The notes beneath the pieces were generated by a model. The model ran no database searches, was not told the DNA's origin, and saw nothing but the letters and a program-made list of their open reading frames with translations. DNA of 62,512 nucleotides, from sequence record DRR378314_1366. One strand, given 5' to 3'. A program made the position numbers and the translations under genes. Positions 58,597 through 62,512 of this stretch are shown here, piece by piece. Position 1 is the first letter of the stretch. Every line of letters begins with the position of its first letter.

Positions 58597-59388
58597 ATGG
58601 ACAAGGAAAAAATCATAGCTGAACTCAATAGGCATAAAAAACTGCCATATCTGGACTATAGATTAAAGCAGGAAACCGAGGATTTTACCGATACACTTTT
58701 CTATACCTTATTTGATGCCAACACTCCAGTAGCCGTTAACTTGGAATTGTTAGAGAAAAAGTTCAACAAGCTAATGGATATGGCTTGTTGGGATTTGGAG
58801 AAACCAAGCGAAGAGCTTTGGAACAATTATATTTCCCATTTACCACAAATTTTAGAAAATTTGAATTTGGATGCTGAGGCCATATTGAATTGCGATCCTG
58901 CCTCACTTTCCATTCAGGAAATTTATATGGCCTACCCCGGATTTTATGCCATTGCTATCTATAGATTGGCGCACGAACTGTATGAGGAGGGAATTCCTTT
59001 GATTCCACGTATGATGACCGAATATGCACATAGACAGACTGGTGTGGATATTAACCCGGGAGCAACAATCGGAAAATCCTTTTTTATTGACCATGCTACA
59101 GGCGTTGTTATTGGTGAGACCGCGGTGATTCATGATAACGTAAAAATTTATCAAGGTGTTACGCTAGGAGCGCTTTATGTGGCCAAGAATCTGGAGAAAA
59201 CAAAACGTCACCCCACCATAGAAAATAATGTTACAATCTATGCCAATGCTACCATTTTAGGCGGTGACACCGTTGTGGGCGCCAATTCCGTTATTGGTGG
59301 TAATGCCTGGATTACCTCGTCCGTTCCTGCGAACTCAACTGTTTATCACAAACCTGAAATTAAAATAAAGACAACCCCAAATGTCTAA
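58597..59388 (+). CDS. cysE: Serine O-acetyltransferase (EpsC/CysE type)
   Basis: DPA, GVDINPGA, IDHATG, KRHPT, hexapeptide repeats. Confidence 0.9.
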   Translation: MDKEKIIAELNRHKKLPYLDYRLKQETEDFTDTLFYTLFDANTPVAVNLELLEKKFNKLMDMACWDLEKPSEELWNNYISHLPQILENLNLDAEAILNCDPASLSIQEIYMAYPGFYAIAIYRLAHELYEEGIPLIPRMMTEYAHRQTGVDINPGATIGKSFFIDHATGVVIGETAVIHDNVKIYQGVTLGALYVAKNLEKTKRHPTIENNVTIYANATILGGDTVVGANSVIGGNAWITSSVPANSTVYHKPEIKIKTTPNV

Positions 59389-60265
59389 CAGTATACTAGA
59401 CCTTATCGGAAATACCCCTTTGGTGGAGTCCAGAGTATTGAACACCAACCCCAATGTAAAACTTCTTTTTAAGCTCGAAGGACACAATCCCGGAGGAAGT
59501 GTGAAAGACCGACCTGCCTACAACATGATTAAGAGTGGCTTGGAACGTGGGGATTTTACCAAAGAAACCAAACTTATTGAAGCCACCAGTGGAAATACTG
59601 GAATTGGTCTGGCCATGATTGCAGGTGTTTTTGGATTGAATATTGAGTTGGTCATGCCCGAAAATTCAACCAAAGAAAGGGTACAGACTATGCGCGCCTA
59701 CGGGGCAAAAGTTACCTTAACACCAGCTGATGTAGGTATTGAAGGTGCTCGGGATTATGCCGAGGCCAAGGTCAACGAAGAAGGGTTTAAAATGTTGAAC
59801 CAGTTTTCCAATGATGACAACTGGAAAGCACACTACAAAACCACAGGCCCAGAAATTTGGCGAGATACGGATGGAGAAATCACACATTTTGTATCCAGTA
59901 TGGGCACTACGGGAACCATAATGGGAACTTCCACTTACTTGAAGGAACAGAACCCAATGGTTCAGATTGTAGGTGTGCAACCTACCGACGATTCCAAAAT
60001 TCCGGGAATACGAAAATGGCCCAAAGAATATCTTCCCAAAATTTTTAATCCCGACAAGGTGGATACTGTTATGGAAGTCAGCGAAAAGGATGCCACGGAA
60101 ATGGCAAAGCGATTGGCCAAAGAAGAGGGCATATTCTCTGGAATGAGCAGTGGTGGAGCTGCTACGGTAGCATTACGGCTTGCAGCAACCTTGGAAAGTG
60201 GTACTATCGTTTCCATTGTATGTGATCGCGGTGATCGTTACCTGTCCTCTGATTTATTTGAGTAG
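59381..60265 (+). CDS. cysM: Cysteine synthase B
   Basis: NPGGSVKDR PLP Lys, ATSGNTG, GTTGT, IPGIRKW, CDRGDRYLS. Confidence 0.95.
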   Translation: MSNSILDLIGNTPLVESRVLNTNPNVKLLFKLEGHNPGGSVKDRPAYNMIKSGLERGDFTKETKLIEATSGNTGIGLAMIAGVFGLNIELVMPENSTKERVQTMRAYGAKVTLTPADVGIEGARDYAEAKVNEEGFKMLNQFSNDDNWKAHYKTTGPEIWRDTDGEITHFVSSMGTTGTIMGTSTYLKEQNPMVQIVGVQPTDDSKIPGIRKWPKEYLPKIFNPDKVDTVMEVSEKDATEMAKRLAKEEGIFSGMSSGGAATVALRLAATLESGTIVSIVCDRGDRYLSSDLFE

Positions 60266-60498
60266 TTTTTCTGAACCTGTCATTCTAAAAAAATGCAAGA
60301 GCGACTAAACAACCTCATTTTGTAATAATGTGCCAGCATATTTATAAATCAAAACCTTTAGCACACCTTTAATTTATCGACTTTTGCATAGGATTTTTAG
60401 GATTATCCAACATTGTTTGCGGGTCATCGATTTCTTTAAAATAGTTGCCATAAAAAATCGTTCTTTAGACTGAAATTAGTCCCAAATCTAAGATTAAG

Positions 60499-60981
60499 AT
60501 GAATACCTTGTCAAAAATCATCACCTGGAAAAGGAACATATTGGCCAGCGTGGCTGTCTTGCTAACCTTGATTATATTGAGCTTTTATGGTGCTTACACC
60601 AACCAATTCTACTTTCTAAAGGTAGACAACTACATATTCCCCATACTCACATCGATACATTTTCTGTATCTCTACGTTGTTTGGTTCAAAATTACCGAGG
60701 ATGAGTTACCGGACCCTAAAATGCGAAACATTGAGTACGTACTTTACGCCATAATGATCGTGTATGTTTTCAAAATATATGACAGTATCACCGTGTTGAA
60801 TTCGTTAGAGCTTTACGGTACCCATATAATACCTGCAACCTTTGAACCAATAGCTACACTTTCAGTGGTACTGCACAGTATTCTACCTGTTTTAACGCTT
60901 TACACCTTTTGGTTGAGAAAGCGCTATGTGGGTGTCTACAATTTTGAAAACTATAACGACAACCTAAATATTTGGCAATAG
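60499..60981 (+). CDS. Hypothetical membrane protein (about 4 TM)
   Basis: 160 aa ORF with four hydrophobic stretches. Confidence 0.8.
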   Translation: MNTLSKIITWKRNILASVAVLLTLIILSFYGAYTNQFYFLKVDNYIFPILTSIHFLYLYVVWFKITEDELPDPKMRNIEYVLYAIMIVYVFKIYDSITVLNSLELYGTHIIPATFEPIATLSVVLHSILPVLTLYTFWLRKRYVGVYNFENYNDNLNIWQ

Positions 60982-60982
60982 T

Positions 60983-62452
60983 TTAGAGTCCCCGAATATA
61001 GCTTCCGTAGAGATCTTTGAACTGGTACCCTTGCTGAAAGCGGTGTTTGCTAAGTTTTTTATGTGCCACCAGTCCCCAGAGCAATAATTCTTTCAAAAAA
61101 TAGGAGTCTTCCTTGGGTGTATCCGGTTGATATTCCTTTAAAAGATCGTTCAATGGAGCAATGGAATCCAATTTGGATTTATACTCATCTTCTTTTTCAT
61201 CATCCAAAAGGTCAAACCCTTCCCCTTCAAAGAACCAACTGACCAGTTCATCATATTCGTTTTCTTCTTCTTTACGTTGAAGCTTATCAATTTTAGGGAA
61301 ATAATTCGGAAATAAAGATTTTGCTGCATCTTCTATCAAATTCTCGGCTACGGAACCTGCCCCCTCCTGCTCTCCTTCGTAAACCAATTCTATTTTTCCT
61401 GTGATGGATGGCACTACGCCCATAAAATCACTGAGACGAACTGATGTTTTTCTGTCTCCAGCAACAATGGCCCTGCGCTCGGCAGTACTCAATAAATTTT
61501 CAAATGCGGTAATGCTCATACGTGCACTTACCCCACTTTTTTCATCTACGTACTCGCTATTTCTAGCTTCAAAACTGATTTGTTCCAACAAGTCCATCGC
61601 TATTTCAGGGACATGTACAAAATCGGACTGACGTTTATCCAACTGCGCTTCCTGCTTGGTAATTTTCTTGGCAATCTCGATACTTTCTGGGTAATGGGTA
61701 AGAATCTGGGAGCCGATTCTATCTTTCAACGGGGTTACAATACTTCCCCTGTTCGTGTAATCTTCAGGGTTGGCAGTGAATACAAACTGAATATCCAAAT
61801 GCAAACGAAGTTTGAACCCACGAATTTGTATGTCTCCCTCTTGCAATATATTAAATAGCGCTACTTGAATTCTCGCTTGAAGGTCGGGAAGCTCGTTTAT
61901 TACGAAAATACAACGGTTGGCCCTTGGTATCATCCCAAAATGAATCACGCGATCATCCGCGTATGATAATTTAAGATTGGCCGCTTTAATCGGGTCGACA
62001 TCACCTATCAAATCGGCTACAGTAACATCTGGGGTGGCCAATTTTTCGTAAAAACGTTCACTTCGGTGTATCCAGCTAACAGGTGTGTCATCGCCTTTTT
62101 CTTTGATCAGCTCGGTGGCGTATCGAGAAATGGGTTCCAATGGGTCGTCGTGAATTTCGGAACCTTCTACAATCGGCATCCATTCATCCAACAACTGTAC
62201 CATCAAACGGGCCAAACGGGTCTTTGCCTGTCCGCGTAATCCCAATAAGTTAATATTGTGACGGGAAAGAATAGCTCTTTCCAATTCTGGAATCACGGAA
62301 TTTTCATAACCCCAAACCCCTTCGAACACCTGTTCTTTGTTGGATATTTTCTCCAAAAGATTCTCTCGAAGTTCGTCCTTAATGCTTCTGCTAGTATATC
62401 CCGCTGACTTCAGTTCACCTAGCGTTTTAATGTTGGTATGGTCCAAATTCAT
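60983..62452 (-). CDS. AAA ATPase (magnesium-chelatase-like)
   Basis: GLRGQAKT Walker A variant, INELPDL, TANPEDYTNRG, DR. Confidence 0.9.
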   Translation of the reverse strand: MNLDHTNIKTLGELKSAGYTSRSIKDELRENLLEKISNKEQVFEGVWGYENSVIPELERAILSRHNINLLGLRGQAKTRLARLMVQLLDEWMPIVEGSEIHDDPLEPISRYATELIKEKGDDTPVSWIHRSERFYEKLATPDVTVADLIGDVDPIKAANLKLSYADDRVIHFGMIPRANRCIFVINELPDLQARIQVALFNILQEGDIQIRGFKLRLHLDIQFVFTANPEDYTNRGSIVTPLKDRIGSQILTHYPESIEIAKKITKQEAQLDKRQSDFVHVPEIAMDLLEQISFEARNSEYVDEKSGVSARMSITAFENLLSTAERRAIVAGDRKTSVRLSDFMGVVPSITGKIELVYEGEQEGAGSVAENLIEDAAKSLFPNYFPKIDKLQRKEEENEYDELVSWFFEGEGFDLLDDEKEDEYKSKLDSIAPLNDLLKEYQPDTPKEDSYFLKELLLWGLVAHKKLSKHRFQQGYQFKDLYGSYIRGL

Positions 62453-62460
62453 ATGTTGTG

Positions 62461-62512
62461 CTATCCTTTAATTCTTCTTTTTCTATTTTGTTCGTAATCT
62501 TCAAAAATCATT
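62461..62512 (-). CDS. 3' end of an upstream gene, probably the VWA-domain partner (partial)
   Basis: Reads ..MIFEDYEQNRKRRIKG*; VWA genes commonly precede this ATPase family. Confidence 0.55.
   Translation of the reverse strand, partial: MIFEDYEQNRKRRIKG

Noticed and set aside
1-62512. rRNA, tRNA, IS transposase or integrase genes
   Set aside because: None recognised by eye; tRNAscan-SE, Infernal and ISEScan runs would be needed to exclude them formally

Overview
Bacterial chromosomal segment from a marine Flavobacteriaceae (Muricauda/Flagellimonas-like), judged from gene content, TAnnTTTG promoters and lipoprotein signals. Most of it is housekeeping: fused 2-oxoacid dehydrogenase E1, SUI1, ung, mutS2, aroC, glmM, ggt, cysE-type/cysM, a DEAD/DEAH helicase and an AAA ATPase. 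Four parts stand out. (1) An accessory region of about 11 kb between mutS2 and a DCC1-like gene holds a cholesterol-dependent-cytolysin-like lipoprotein divergent from a TPR-LuxR regulator, an LRR lipoprotein, a DUF885-like remnant and gene blocks bounded by decayed attC-like sites. (2) An XRE/S24 LexA-like repressor is divergent from a radical SAM (TIGR03916) and TIGR03915 operon, with four GGA-N5-TCC boxes between them and a decayed TcmP-like gene downstream. (3) An RpoD-like sigma gene converges on two unannotated paralogous 32-33 aa peptides that share YLxFxQxLxxxLT; these follow a LytTR-type direct repeat and a His-less Hpt-like gene. (4) A RelE/ParE toxin-antitoxin pair. Many TGTCA/TGACA-tagged REP-like palindromes lie in intergenic spaces. 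I saw no rRNA, tRNA, CRISPR array, integrase or transposase. All family assignments come from motif recognition by eye, not database searches.
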